From Octopus bimaculoides (Eukaryota), in the NCBI RefSeq assembly GCF_001194135.2, contig NC_068982.1:177284878-177348677 (forward strand): a DNA stretch of 63,800 nt, in the 5' to 3' direction. Under the pieces are notes generated by a model. It did not search any database. It saw nothing but the letters and a program-made list of their open reading frames with translations, and was not told the origin of the DNA. This document shows positions 24,074-37,859 of the stretch, piece after piece; the stretch's first letter is position 1; the number at the start of each line of letters is the position of its first letter. The position numbers and the translations under genes were made by a program.

Positions 24074-25710
24074 ATACTAACAGTATAACCCGACCTTGTC
24101 CGAGTGTGACTTATTACGCCATCTACGATAAGTATTGCTAGGTGAAATCAACTCAAAAAGAAAGCCTTACAACGAAAAAACCCTTATGATGTAAATATGT
24201 TCATAATTCAAATGACGATGAAATTAATAGGGAAAGTCTGAAGGCTGTTTTGTGTAACATTATTAAGCGTACGTAAATTTCATCCGTCTAATTGGCTATA
24301 GAAATGCTTGTGCAAAACAACTTTTTGCGCTGCCCTGATTATACATAGCAGGGTAATCCCTTTTCGCAGGAGCTAGGACGGCAATTTGTGATGAAGCAAT
24401 TGCTGGCGATCTGTTGCTACACAGTTTTGCCAGAATTCTATCAGATTGAGCAGAANNNNNNNNNNNNNNNNNNNNNNNNNNNNNNNNNNNNNNNNNNNNN
24501 NNNNNNNNNNNNNNNNNNNNNNNNNNNNNNNNNNNNNNNNNNNNNNNNNNNNNNNNNNNNNNNNNNNNNNNNNNNNNNNNNNNNNNNNNNNNNNNNNNNN
24601 NNNNNNNNNNNNNNNNNNNNNNTCGGTACTTTTCACATATATGTAATTTTTCAGATTAACACCCGCACGATTACCCAACCCTCATCCTAAACCTAATCCT
24701 AACACTAACCCTAACACTAACCCTAAACCCTAACCCTAAAACCCTAACTCTGACCCTAAAACCGTAACTGTAACACTAATCCTAACCGTAACCGTAACCG
24801 TAACCCTAAACCCTAACCCTGACCCTAAAACCCTAACCCTAACACCCTAGTGAAAATCGTGGTATATTTACAAAACATTGACGAACATGAGTTATATCTG
24901 ACTGAATGATTGTGTACTTGCACGTGTATGCGTTTGAGAGAGCGAGAGAGGAAGAGGTAGAGAGAGGGGGAGAAAGGAATAGAGGTAGTTAAACGTTTTC
25001 TTATGACGCTTTCTCTTTACTGCCTATTACTTCATTAGAAATCTAAGGATGCACATGAGCACATAATAGAGAAAAATGAAACAAATATGGACGACTTGCT
25101 CCGAAACACCACCGAGTGGGGAACACTTCTCAAAAATAACCTGCAGTTGTTTCCTTCCAAATTTCTACCTGCTTGAAATGTACATACATCAAGGTATATT
25201 TGTAAAAAATTTCACGAAACAATATTCATTTTCCTGGAAGTTAAGAGGAATTTAAGTGGAATTTCCGAAAATTGTACCCCACCCCCTCCCAAAACACTTT
25301 CACCGAAAATCTTTGTATATTCGGAATCTACATAATAAATAATATGTGCAAACAAAATTCCATAAAAAAACATTCATTTTTATGAAAGTTATGACCTTCC
25401 AAAGTTGGGGGGTACAACTCTGTAGTTATACCACATTGACGAACATACTTTTGTGAATGATTGTGTTTACTTGCACGTGTATGCGTTTGAGAGAGCGAGA
25501 GAGGAAAAGGGGGAGAAATGAATACAGATCGAGAGCGATGTGTATGTTGTTGTCACAGATTACGTATGTGTGGTTGTGTGTGTTTTTACGTATCTATGTT
25601 ATGAAAAATAGGTAAAGAATACTGAGATGAAAGTTTAATCTATGACTTTGTATGTATCACTTTCTCTCTCTCTCTCTCCCTCTCCCTCTTTTACTCTTAC
25701 TCTCTATATT
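24074..25710 (+). mobile_element. Putative non-autonomous Helitron/Helentron-like element (contains a gap)
   Basis: Begins TACTAACAGTATAACCCGACCTTGTCCGAG, resembling Helentron/HINE ends. Internal diverged repeats at about 24875 and 25433, plus an internal microsatellite. The 3' boundary is uncertain. Confidence 0.45.
24675..24848 (+). repeat. Degenerate telomere-like (CCCTAA)n tract
   Basis: CCCTAA, CCCTAAA, CCGTAA and CACTAA units over about 170 bp. Confidence 0.9.
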
Positions 25711-26739
25711 TTTTATGTTGAGCGCGTGTGTAAGAACGGCGTTCCAGGTAGAAGGGAAGGAATATAAAAGTTGCTTGAAACAACAGCCAAATCTCCCTTA
25801 AATCACACAAAGTAAACGGAATTTAAAAAATCTAATTACTGCACTGGAAAGTTCACATCGAGAAAATTCCATTGATGTAAAAATGTTTACGAAAAAGTGG
25901 AAAATGTGGATTTCTATAAACTTTTAAAAAGGCTTCACACAGACACACATCTTCAGCTTTATATATTAAGATATGTTTGTTTAACGTGGTTTTGGGAGTA
26001 TGTGAATTTGCGGTGTCTTTATAGTTATGTAACCTCTGTTTACATATGCTCTTGTTTATCCGTTAAAATCAATTCATTTGCTAAGTTTTGCTAAATAATC
26101 ACCAGACCACGAATTTAAAGTGGAAACGGAAAACACTTAAATTAAATCATCTCCCTTTCCTGGTTGATAGACGATACACATAGTGAAGGGAAGTTGCCTA
26201 GATGTCAGGATGTTGTACTCACGAACGTACCTGGTTTTGGTACCTGGTTGTGTGTTGCTGGGATGTTAATTCTGCAAAAAACTGTACTTTTAGCAAGGAA
26301 TGTTGTAATCTGTCACTTATACAATCCCATTTATATGAAGGCGGATTAAGCTAAGGCCTTATGAATCTTGGGGCCCATGGCAGACCTAAGATAATACACA
26401 TAGTTGATACCAAAACAGTGCAAACAAATATACAGGGACAAGAAAGCTCGTGTAATATTCGAATTATTCTGCTGATTACAACCCAATAATACACTAATGT
26501 ACGTGAAAATCTCAACGAAGAGCTAAGAAATAATGAAACACGAGATAGTAGTCACTAGACATGCTTGAAATCGCAGTCAAATATTTCAGTATTCATACAA
26601 CCATTTGAAGCAAGAAAATAACAATATGAACCATGTAACGTGTTTATTGAGCGAAAACACCTGAAGCACCACGAGGCTCCGGAAGGAGATGGTGGCGAAC
26701 CCTGCTGTACTCTTTCATCACAACTTTTTACACTTGTAT

Positions 26740-27160
26740 TCTTTTATACATTTCTGTCATTTGACTGTGGACATGCTGGAGCAATGCCTTAAAGGGTTTT
26801 AGTCAAAGAAATTGACTCCAGAACGTACCCTTTGTAAGCCTAGTACTTATTCTATTGGTCTCTCTTTTAATGACGCTCTAAGTCATGGGGCCCAAAACAC
26901 ACCACCATCAGTTGTAAAGTGATGGTAGGGGGACAAACACAGACACAAAGACACACACACATAAATATACATACATACATACATACAATATATGTGTATA
27001 TAGGCTTCTTTCAGTTTCTGTCTACCAGATTCACTCACATGGCTTTGGTCAGCCTGAGGCTGTAGTAGAAAACATTTGCCCAGGGTGCCACGAAGTGGGA
27101 CTGAACATGGAACTATGTTGCTGGGAAGCAGACTTGTTACCACACAACCTTGCCTGCACC
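26740..27160 (-). mobile_element. SINE family B (near full length)
   Basis: Reverse complement of the head (GGGAAGCAGACTTGTTACCACACAACC) and of the 3' end. Confidence 0.9.
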
Positions 27161-28752
27161 TTGAATTTTTGCATGAAACATGTACTTGATAGATAGAGGT
27201 GGGTGTAGCTGGAGTGTATCCTTTAGAGAAGCATAACTGGATAGCTGGAATGTATTTGATCAGATGTCTGATCGACCAACATTGATCTAAAACTAAACAA
27301 AATAACGTGTATTGATTATATGAAAAAAATCTGCTAAGGATAAAAAGAAATTGCTAAATATTAAGAGATTTAACCACCCCTGTTTGAAAGCTACCTGCGC
27401 CAAATCATCAATATAAGCTACTTCCTCAATTTTGCCATTGCTCCTCTTTATACATATTGACATTCTCATACTGCTACTTCCACGGCAAAACTATTTACTG
27501 TGACCACAATGAAGGTGAACAGAGGCCATAGAACTGAATGCCTTGTGGATGCAAATGACAGATAGCCAATATTAAGGAGTGTCCCTAAAATAAGGGCGGG
27601 TTTTGCTTCCTTTGCCACGCCCCGAATAATAACTATATAAGAACTGTCAATGACATGTGTATACAATTGTGCATATATGTGTGTATTTGTTGCGTGTATA
27701 TATATATATATATATATATATACATGACAAATGCACGTATGCATGTTGCATGCATGCACGCACGGACGCACGCATGTATGTATGTATGTATGTATGTAGG
27801 TAAGGATGGATGGATGGATGTATGTACGTGCGTATGTGTAAGGGAGCACCTGTTTAAAACGTCCTTTACTGAACTTTGACATTTAGCTTCATTCTACATA
27901 CTACCAGGTTTATTGAATAATATGATTAAGAAGTTAGAAACTGTAAAAAGTGTAATATTACACTTAGTTCAAGGTCTGATGTTCAAATAGCATCAGCAGT
28001 AGCTTTAGAATTATTCCTCTTTACTTTTCTTTATTCTATGATAGGTAGAGAATTGATTGCACAGTGGACATGCATTTCGGCTTGTGTACCTACAGATCCT
28101 TTACTTTATGGATTTTGATAATGATGAATATCATAAAATATACAGTAATACAATACTAGTAAAATATATAGAAATACTGTGGTTTTCTGGAATTATTGCA
28201 TATTGAATGCTTACTTACGCGAATTAAACAAAAATTTGTGTCACGCTGAAAAGCCAAATCGCGTTTACGATATATATATANNNNNNNNNNNNNNNNNNNN
28301 NNNNNNNNNNNNNNNNNNNNNNNNNNNNNNNNNNNNNNNNNNNNNNNNNNNNNNNNNNNNNNNNNNNNNNNNNNNNNNNNNNNNNNNNNNNNNNNNNNNN
28401 NNNNNNNNNNNNNNNNNNNNNNNNNNNNNNNNNNNNNNNNNNNNNNNNNNNNNNNNNNNNNNNNNNNNNNNNNNNNNNNNNNNNNNNNNNNNNNNNNNNN
28501 NNNNNNNNNNNNNNNNNNNNNNNNNNNNNNNNNNNNNNNNNNNNNNNNNNNNNNNNNNNNNNNNNNNNNNNNNNNNNNNNNNNNNNNNNNNNNNNNNNNN
28601 NNNNNNNNNNNNNNNNNNNNNNNNNNNNNNNNNNNNNNNNNNNNNNNNNNNNNNNNNNNNNNNNNNNNNNNNNNNNNNNNNNNNNNNNNNNNNNNNNNNN
28701 NNNNNNNNNNNNNNNNNNNNNNNNNNNNNNNNNNNNNNNNNNNNNNNNNNNN

Positions 28753-28829
28753 CGTGTCTTCTACTATAGCCTGGGGCCGACCAATGCTTTGTGAGTTGAT
28801 TTCGAAGTCGGAAACTGAAGAACCTCGTC

Positions 28830-28865
<36 letters not shown>

Positions 28866-29098
28866 ACGTGTACCTTTGTGTCTGTGTTTGAGGTCCCCCT
28901 CCCTATCACTGCTTGACAACTACCGTTGGCGTGTTTACGTTCGCGTAACTTAGCGGTTCGACCAAATGATCCGATAGAATAAGTACTAGGCTTTCAAAAA
29001 TAAGTCTTGGGGTCGATTTGTTCGACTAAAACCCTTCAAGGTGGTGCTCTAGCATGGCCGCAGTCAAATGAATGAAACAAGTAAAAGAAAAGAATAAA
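28753..29098 (+). mobile_element. SINE family B (head lies in the gap)
   Basis: GTGTCTTCTACTATAGCC...GCATGGCCGCAGTCAAATGAATGAAACAAGTAAAAG. Confidence 0.9.
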
Positions 29099-32000
29099 GA
29101 ATATATATATGTATGTATGAATATGTGTGCGCGCACACGTCTGTGTGTGTGTGTGTGTATGCATACATATATATATATAATACAAATTCATAATATATGA
29201 ATTTGTACACACCAAGCACAAAGCTAACACATCCTATAATTTTGTTACCTCGATAAACATTGACACAAACACGGAAACACGCATAAATACATGGCTAGAA
29301 ATACACATGTGGTTGGCAGAAACCGTTAAATGAATGTGTGTGTGTGTGTGTGTGTGTGTGAGTGTGTGTGTGTGTGCGTGCGCGCGCATTTTATATTAGT
29401 GTACACAAACACACATTTTATCAGTGTTTGTGTATTCGTATTTACGTACTTGTATGCGCGTCTTAGTGTTATATCTTCCATGTATCATATCTGTGCATAT
29501 ATGCATGTGCGTATGATTGTCATATATATGTTATATTAACGTCAGTTATCAAAAATTGATGACAGAAACAGCGGCACATTGGGGCTGGGTGGGAAATCCA
29601 CTTCTTTGTAAACAGATGACACTGCTTCCAAATAAATTTGTGAAGGTTAGATTTTGACCTTTCACGACGACTGAGCAATCAAAATTGATAGAATATATAC
29701 ATGAGAATATGCGTACATATACATATATATATATATATATANNNNNNNNNNNNNNNNNNNNNNNNNNNNNNNNNNNNNNNNNNNNNNNNNNNNNNNNNNN
29801 NNNNNNNNNNNNNNNNNNNNNNNNNNNNNNNNNNNNNNNNNNNNNNNNNNNNNNNNNNNNNNNNNNNNNNNNNNNNNNNNNNNNNNNNNNNNNNNNNNNN
29901 NNNNNNNNNNNNNNNNNNNNNNNNNNNNNNNNNNNNNNNNNNNNNNNNNNNNNNNNNNNNNNNNNNNNNNNNNNNNNNNNNNNNNNNNNNNNNNNNNNNT
30001 TTTATAGTGGATATATTCTTTCACTGTTGTTGTTTTGTAAACGTATATTTTCTCTAGATAGTATTTATGCATTCTAAGCATCCTATCAAAGACCAGAACG
30101 TAATTTGATGAGGAAGATGATTCTTAATAATATGTAGCAAAAAATGAGACAATGAAAGGCCGAAAATTTTAGGAAATGCAACAATCGTTTATAATGCAAA
30201 CAATATTTTTACAGGTACATATGTGTTGTCACATGGAGAATTTAAAGTTGTAGTACATATTAGAACGCCATGAAACGAATAAGCATTTTGACCAACTCTC
30301 CACTGTGAATATAATAATGAATATTAAATCAGCCTATACATCTATATACAGCGAAGTAATTGTTTACGCTTCAACCGGCGAGAGCTACCAATATCGGATA
30401 CAAGTTTAACTTAATCAAGAAATCTTAGTTACTGCTTTGAAGGAAATATGACTTACGATTACAGTGTTTATAAATATAAGTATAAACTACTTTATGAGCA
30501 TAGACAGGGTTTCAACTGAAGAGGTTCTTATCTATGACAACAGATCCAATATAAGCAGTCTAATTAACTCTAACACTACGTTCAAATAGATGTTAAATAA
30601 TCATTTTTGCATGGATAATTGTGATAATCTGTGAATGTATGAGTATATGCATGTATGTATGTATGTATGTATGTATGTATGTATTTATGTATGTATGTAT
30701 GTATGTATGCATGTGTGTGTGTGTATTCAGGTTAAACATTTGTCTTCTGAGGGTACTGCTCTCCTCAGTCGCCAGCATCTTCAGCGCAAGTTTTCTACAT
30801 ATATTATATTATTTACTTAAATTCATAAGCGTCGTTCGCCTGGAATGCAAAAATGATAAAAGAAAAAGTAAATGGGTCCACAACTTCATCTAAATCGATA
30901 TTCCTACTGTGGTGAATGTAAATCAGTGCGACGGAAAAGTCTTCTTTGGCTCTTATAACCTCTCGCTTATTTATGAAATTGTCTCGGGGAACTGAACAAG
31001 GCGATGACGTTCACGCAGCATGACTGTAAGCCTTATAACCAGCATCTGCCTTCTTGTATTTTAATCTTCAATGCAAAATTAAATGTATATTTTGGAAATC
31101 TAGTTGTTGTCGTCTTCTATGCAAATCTGTTCTTACGTGTACCTATATATGTGTGTATGCATGTTTGTAAGTAGTGAATGAATGAAAGAATGAATGATTG
31201 AAATTAATGAATGATTTAGAGTGGTGTTGGTGCTGTATTTCTCTCGTTTGACAATGAGTATACAGTCGTTCGATCAACAGAACTACTTGCCTTTGAATTA
31301 GCGTATATAAATGGTTGAGACCTGTGCTACAAATGCAATTCTCAAGCAGAATCAGTGTCACAAAGTGTGTGGTAAAATTGTAACTCTTAATTTACAAATA
31401 CAATCCACCTGGCGCTTTAAATTTACATGACTCATTCATTAAGAATGGTATAGGTCAACGAAGGCCGTAGTAAATTACATTTGCATAAGGAATTACGCAG
31501 TGGGATGGCACACACTATTGCTAATTTGTTTCTTTTTCAAATACTCAGAGTGTGTTATAGAAACTAGCACCGACCAATGCTGCTACTAAAATCACAAGCA
31601 TCTTACATTATATCCAAATTAACAAAACCTGTCTGATTAGCATGCAGTCGTTCACTAACTCATTCCAACTTCAGATTGACACATGTCTTCGCTCTTAGCT
31701 TTTTCTGTCAGTACAGAAATCCTCCTACCACCGCTACTTCAGATTCACCTGTCTCTCATCCCGACTAATATCCTGGAGGGGATTGCTATTATTCTACTAT
31801 CTTTATATAATAATGTCTTTACTATAATTGTCAATCTACTGGTTATATTATATATCACTACATTTAACATACATTTATTAGTACGTCTTGAATAGATAAT
31901 TTGCAATTTCATCTACATTCAAACTGGAAACAGGTATTACTAATTACGAAGTGAGTCCTCCAGCAGAAGACATTAACTATTTACATGTATGTAAGCTTGT

Positions 32001-33439
32001 ATGCATATATATATATATATATATAGTTAAATTATATTCTGTTAAGAACGTGGTACAGTATAAAGCTCGTCCACCTTCAGATTTCACCCTGTGCTATCCA
32101 AAAGCCAATAGTAGTATTATACGTACTTCCAGGTTTACGTTTGGTCATCTGTCGTATGTGAATAGGTAATTGAAAAAATTGGAGTCAACAAGAAGGAGTA
32201 CGGCTGGACATTTATTTTCAAATACAACAATTGTTTCTAGGCAACGTAGTCGTCCAGGTGGGCAGGTACTTGATTATGCAACCGTTTCCCTGCTTTATGA
32301 GATCTGGTTGTGTTTCCTCAGGTGATATATAAATATTGTCTCCGTCAGTTCAAATTCTCGGCGTCAAGAACCACCTCCCTGTCTGCCGTGGCCTGGAGTT
32401 ATTAGTAGTCACTCAGTTTATCAAAGATATGTTGCTGAAAATCCGTTGGCAAACTGCTTTGAATATTTGGATGTGGTGAATTGGTGATTCTGCTACTGTT
32501 AAAGTGGTTACCGTTTTAAAGGGATTGACATTTGATTTCATTGTACTGTTGATTTGTTCATCATAGTTGGTTACTTAAAGTGCGTCTTAAGAATCGGTCC
32601 ATACATACACGTGCATGGTCGTTCACTTAGATATCCATTACACACACACACACAAACACACACACAAACACACACACACAAACACACACACACACACAAA
32701 CACACATACACACATATATGTATATACACATATATGTATATATATNNNNNNNNNNNNNNNNNNNNNNNNNNNNNNNNNNNNNNNNNNNNNNNTATATATA
32801 TATATATATATATTAGTCTTCGGGAGTATATGTTTGTAGTACATCCGTTACTGAAGCGGAAATCTTAATATTCACTTTTCATTTACTTGAATAATTACCT
32901 CGGCTGGGGTAACCATTACTATGGCACTATGCCATCCATAAGGATATAGCAAACAATACAGGCTGCTATCCTACAAAATAAAAAGCAAGAAAAAAATTAG
33001 AACATAACTCAGAGATTAATGTTATATTTAAAAAGTTTTTCAATAGATTCTGATAATCATTGTATTTGAATACTCTGTTTGACATCTTGCAGCTTTTGTT
33101 TTTAGTTTATTTTGTTTTTTGTAATATTCTTGTAGCTGTTCTACTGCTTTTGCTTTGTAAATGTAAAATTTGTAAATTTAAAATTAAGTCTTTGCTTAAT
33201 AAATGAAATAGCTCAATATAAACACAAATTTTAATTGATATTTTACTAATTATAGAATTTGCTCAGCCAATAAATATAATTTTTGACAAACTTTAAGTTC
33301 AAATTTATAATTTTCAGGTACTTTGCAAAACTTAAATATATGTGAGAAACATACTGCAATGGAATAGAAAACATAAACACGAAATAACAAAGGAGAAATG
33401 CAAGAAAGACAGTAAAATAAAGCATAAGGAAAAGAAAAA

Positions 33440-34326
33440 ATATGAAGTTTACCAAATGTTAGCACCAAAGTCCTGAGCAATATTGACATATTTATATGCG
33501 CATAAATAGCACATACACACATTTATACATATTTGTGTCTGTGTGTGCGTGTGTGTCATTCTTTAACAAGAATAGTATTAACTGTGACTTCAAAGTTAAG
33601 CCATCATCATACTGTGTTGGGTTATATAGTCATTGTTAACTTATAAGTTTTTAAGACTATGTTCCATATATACATATACGTACATACATATATACATATA
33701 TATATATATACATAGTTGAAATTTACAGAAAAAAAAAGACGAAGACAGATGCATAGAAAACAAGCAAGTGTATTAGTTTGGCGTTCGGGAAGGTGAGAAA
33801 GTCTTTTACGTTTCGAGCCTATGCTCTTCAACAGAAAGAAACACGAGGAAATAAACAGAGAGAATAAAAAATAAACTTTGGGAATTAGCGGTCGAGAGAG
33901 AGAGAGAGAGAGAGAGAGCTGGTCCCAATACTAAAAATAGTCCTTATAGGAACACACATTTTTGCTAGCTGCGTAGACTGGAGCAATGTAAATTGAAGTG
34001 TTTTTGCTCAAGAACACAATATGAAGTTTACCAAACGTTAACGTCTAAGTCCTGTACAATATTCACATATTTCTATACGCATGTACAGTACGCACGCATA
34101 CACCTTAACATACGTGTGTGTGCGTCAATGCGTGTTTTATTCTTTAACAAGAATTGTATTAACATTGACTTCGAAGTTAAGCCATCATCGGAGTGTGATG
34201 GCATTAAGTTCATCATTACATAGTCTTTGTTAATTTAAAATTTCCTAGAACATACTTTCTATTTAGACAGGCAGACAGGCAGACAGACGGATAGATAGAT
34301 AGATAGATACATAGATAGATAGATAT

Positions 34327-34375
<49 letters not shown>

Positions 34376-34480
34376 GGGAGCTGCTCCTAATATTAAAAAT
34401 AGTCCTTACAAGGACACTCCTTTTTGCCAGTTGCGTAGACTGGAACAATGTAAAATTGAAGTGTTTTGCTCAAGAACGCA
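33440..34480 (+). repeat. Old diverged tandem duplication (A-B-A'-B')
   Basis: 33440-33670 resembles 34020-34262; 33925-34020 resembles 34385-34480. Confidence 0.8.
33802..33839 (-). ncRNA. Minimal type I hammerhead-ribozyme-like motif (38 nt)
   Basis: Minus strand: UCUUU-CUGUUGA-A-GAGC-AUAG-GCUC-GAAA-CG-UA-AAAGA. 5-bp stem I, 4-bp stem II, palindromic ACGU stem III, A6U core change. Confidence 0.6.
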
Positions 34481-34545
34481 ACGTATCGCCTGATTCATGA
34501 ATTGAAACCACGATCTAACGGTCATTTGTGCAGCACCTTAACCAC
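34385..34545 (-). mobile_element. tRNA-derived SINE, family C
   Basis: The minus strand reads head GTGGTTAAGGTGC, a B-box-like GGTTTCAATTC and body GTTCTTGAGCAAAACACTTCAATTTTACATTGTTCCAGTC. Confidence 0.7.
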
Positions 34546-35051
34546 TAGTCATGTACCTCCCCTACACATATATCTTTTTCTCTATGTGTGTGTATATACA
34601 TATATATATATACCTTATATACAAATGTATATATATGTATATATATATGATATGTATATATATNNNNNNNNNNTATTGTATGTGTATATATAAACATGTG
34701 TATAAATATATATATTGTATGCGTATGTATACAGTTTGTGTGTGCACGAGTGTGTGTGTGTATCAGTGGATACGAATATGCTAAAACTCAGTTTATGTCG
34801 TAGATGCCTTCTAAAAATAAAAGAGAATGAGAGAGAGAGAGAGAGTGAGAGAGAGAGAGAGAGAGGCAACAGCAGAGCAAAAGAAAGAACAAAAAAGAAA
34901 GAAAGACGTAATACTTCGATAGGCAGATTAATAACGGAAATAAATGGATGTGTATAAAAGCACAGCCATATATACGGATATGTACAAGCATACCTACACG
35001 CACACTCACACACAAATACACATATACATATACATATATATATGTATGTAC

Positions 35052-35082
<31 letters not shown>

Positions 35083-35788
35083 NNNNNNNNNNNNNNNNNN
35101 NNNNNNNNNNNNNNNNNNNNNNNNNNNNNNNNNNNNNNNNNNNNNNNNNNNNNNNNNNNNNNNNNNNNNNNNNNNNNNNNNNNNNNNNNNNNNNNNNNNN
35201 NNNNNNNNNNNNNNNNNNNNNNNNNNNNNNNNNNNNNNNNNNNNNNNNNNNNNNNNNNNNNNNNNNNNNNNNNNNNNNNNNNNNNNNNNNNNNNNNNNNN
35301 NNNNNNNNNNNNNNNNNNNNNNNNNNNNNNNNNNNNNNNNNNNNNNNNNNNNNNNNNNNNNNNNNNNNNNNNNNNNNNNNNNNNNNNNNNNNNNNNNNNN
35401 NNNNNNNNNNNNNNNNNNNNNNNNNNNNNNNNNNNNNNNNNNNNNNNNNNNNNNNNNNNNNNNNNNNNNNNNNNNNNNNNNNNNNNNNNNNNNNNNNNNN
35501 NNNNNNNNNNNNNNNNNNNNNNNNNNNNNNNNNNNNNNNNNNNNNNNNNNNNNNNNNNNNNNNNNNNNNNNNNNNNNNNNNNNNNNNNNNNNNNNNNNNN
35601 NNNNNNNNNNNNNNNNNNNNNNNNNNNNNNNNNNNNNNNNNNNNNNNNNNNNNNNNNNNNNNNNNNNNNNNNNNNNNNNNNNNNNNNNATATACACTCCA
35701 AACACGTGTAAGTGTATATATATACGCCAAAAACACGTACATAATCTATATGTTCAACTGCTAGCTTTAGTATATCCTTATCATATAC

Positions 35789-35844
<56 letters not shown>

Positions 35845-36435
35845 TTGTATGTTTTTGAAAATGTATCAGTTTTTTGATAGATTATTTTAGTCTGTGAATA
35901 TCTACAGAATATCAACCGCGTTCCTTCGAAGCTGCTTGTTTTTCTGTTTTTTTTTTTCATTCAAAAACGTTTCTAAAACTTTTGGGAAGATGCTACCTTA
36001 GACAATTTCGAAATCTTCGGAATGACGATAACTTAATCATTTTTTATAGCAATTTTGCATCCTCTGATTTTATTGCTTGTTGGTTATTGTTGTTGTTGTT
36101 TATAATACATTCTTGTTATTTTTTTATTATATTCATGTTTCGCTTTGCTTCAGCTTCCGTTCGTTACTTTCACATCAGCCATCCCGTTTTAATTGCATTC
36201 ACTTCTACTTGTGGTTCGTAACTTCGGTTGTCATTTAATTGTAGGTGAGCTTTAATTTTGTTAACTGCCTTAACTCACTTTGCCAAGTCGTCTGAAACAT
36301 ATTTTTGTGTATGCATGTACGTGTGTATGTATGCATGTATGTACGTACGTATGTGTGTCTATGTTAGTATTCTGTGTGTAGGTAGAGATACATGTGTTTA
36401 TGCTTGCGTGTGTTTGCTTGTATCTATGGTTATAG

Positions 36436-36471
<36 letters not shown>

Positions 36472-37859
36472 NNNNNNNNNNNNNNNNNNNNNNNNNNNNN
36501 NNNNNNNNNNNNNNNNNNNNNNNNNNNNNNNNNNNNNNNNNNNNNNNNNNNNNNNNNNNNNNNNNNNNNNNNNNNNNNNNNNNNNNNNNNNNNNNNNNNN
36601 NNNNNNNNNNNNNNNNNNNNNNNNNNNNNNNNNNNNNNNNNNNNNNNNNNNNNNNNNNNNNNNNNNNNNNNNNNNNNNNNNNNNNNNNNNNNNNNNNNNN
36701 NNNNNNNNNNNNNNNNNNNNNNNNNNNNNNNNNNNNNNNNNNNNNNNNNNNNNNNNNNNNNNNNNNNNNNNNNNNNNNNNNNNNNNNNNNNNNNNNNNNN
36801 NNNNNNNNNNNNNNNNNNNNNNNNNNNNNNNNNNNNNNNNNNNNNNNNNNNNNNNNNNNNNNNNNNNNNNNNNNNNNNNNNNNNNNNNNNNNNNNNNNNN
36901 NNNNNNNNNNNNNNNNNNNNNNNNNNNNNNNNNNNNNNNNNNNNNNNNNNNNNNNNNNNNNNNNNNNNNNNNNNNNNNNNNNNNNNNNNNNNNNNNNNNN
37001 NNNNNNNNNNNNNNNNNNNNNNNNNNNNNNNNNNNNNNNNNNNNNNNNNNNNNNNNNNNNNNNNNNNNNNNNNNNNNNNNNNNNNNNNNNNNNNNNNNNN
37101 NNNNNNNNNNNNNNNNNNNNNNNNNNNNNNNNNNNNNNNNNNNNNNNNNNNNNNNNNNNNNNNNNNNNNNNNCACAAATGTATATATATATATATATATA
37201 TATATGCGCACACACATACAGAGGGACGATAAGAGATGGGTAAGAATGACAGACGAAAGAGATGCAGAAATAGTGAACGTTAAAAAGAAGACCTGTTAAT
37301 GCCACAAGATCGAAATGAAGATAATTTATTCAATTATAAAGAGGGATAAAAATGTCAATTCCTTATTGCTCTTTATGCTTTTTTCTGTTTTTGTTTAGTA
37401 TAGTTCTGCTTCGTTTTCTTTTATCATTCAAGTAGTTTGAGCTGTTTGTTTTGTGATATTGTTGTGATCTAGCTCATTTACCGGATTTTAAATACTTGTT
37501 AACAAGTATATGCATGTTATATCTACAGCTTTTTGGGATCTGTGTATTACACGTTGCGTATATTTTATACGTGTGTGCTAGCTTATAATGTATAACTTTA
37601 TATAATGGAACGTGAGGGTTGTGCATTCGTAGGATTGCTAACGTGTTGGAAAAACATAGTTCGCAGTATTTGTTCTGGCGTGTTACTTGTTGAAATCTGT
37701 CCCACGTAAGTTGTCATTACCTTTCATCCTGCTGGCGTAGATAAAATAAGACTAGACTCAGTTAGTGAGGTTGATGCTAGAGTTTAACTTCTACCCTCAA
37801 ATTCATATTCGCAATATTATGAAATATGTATTATGATACTGTTATGTATGAGTATACAT

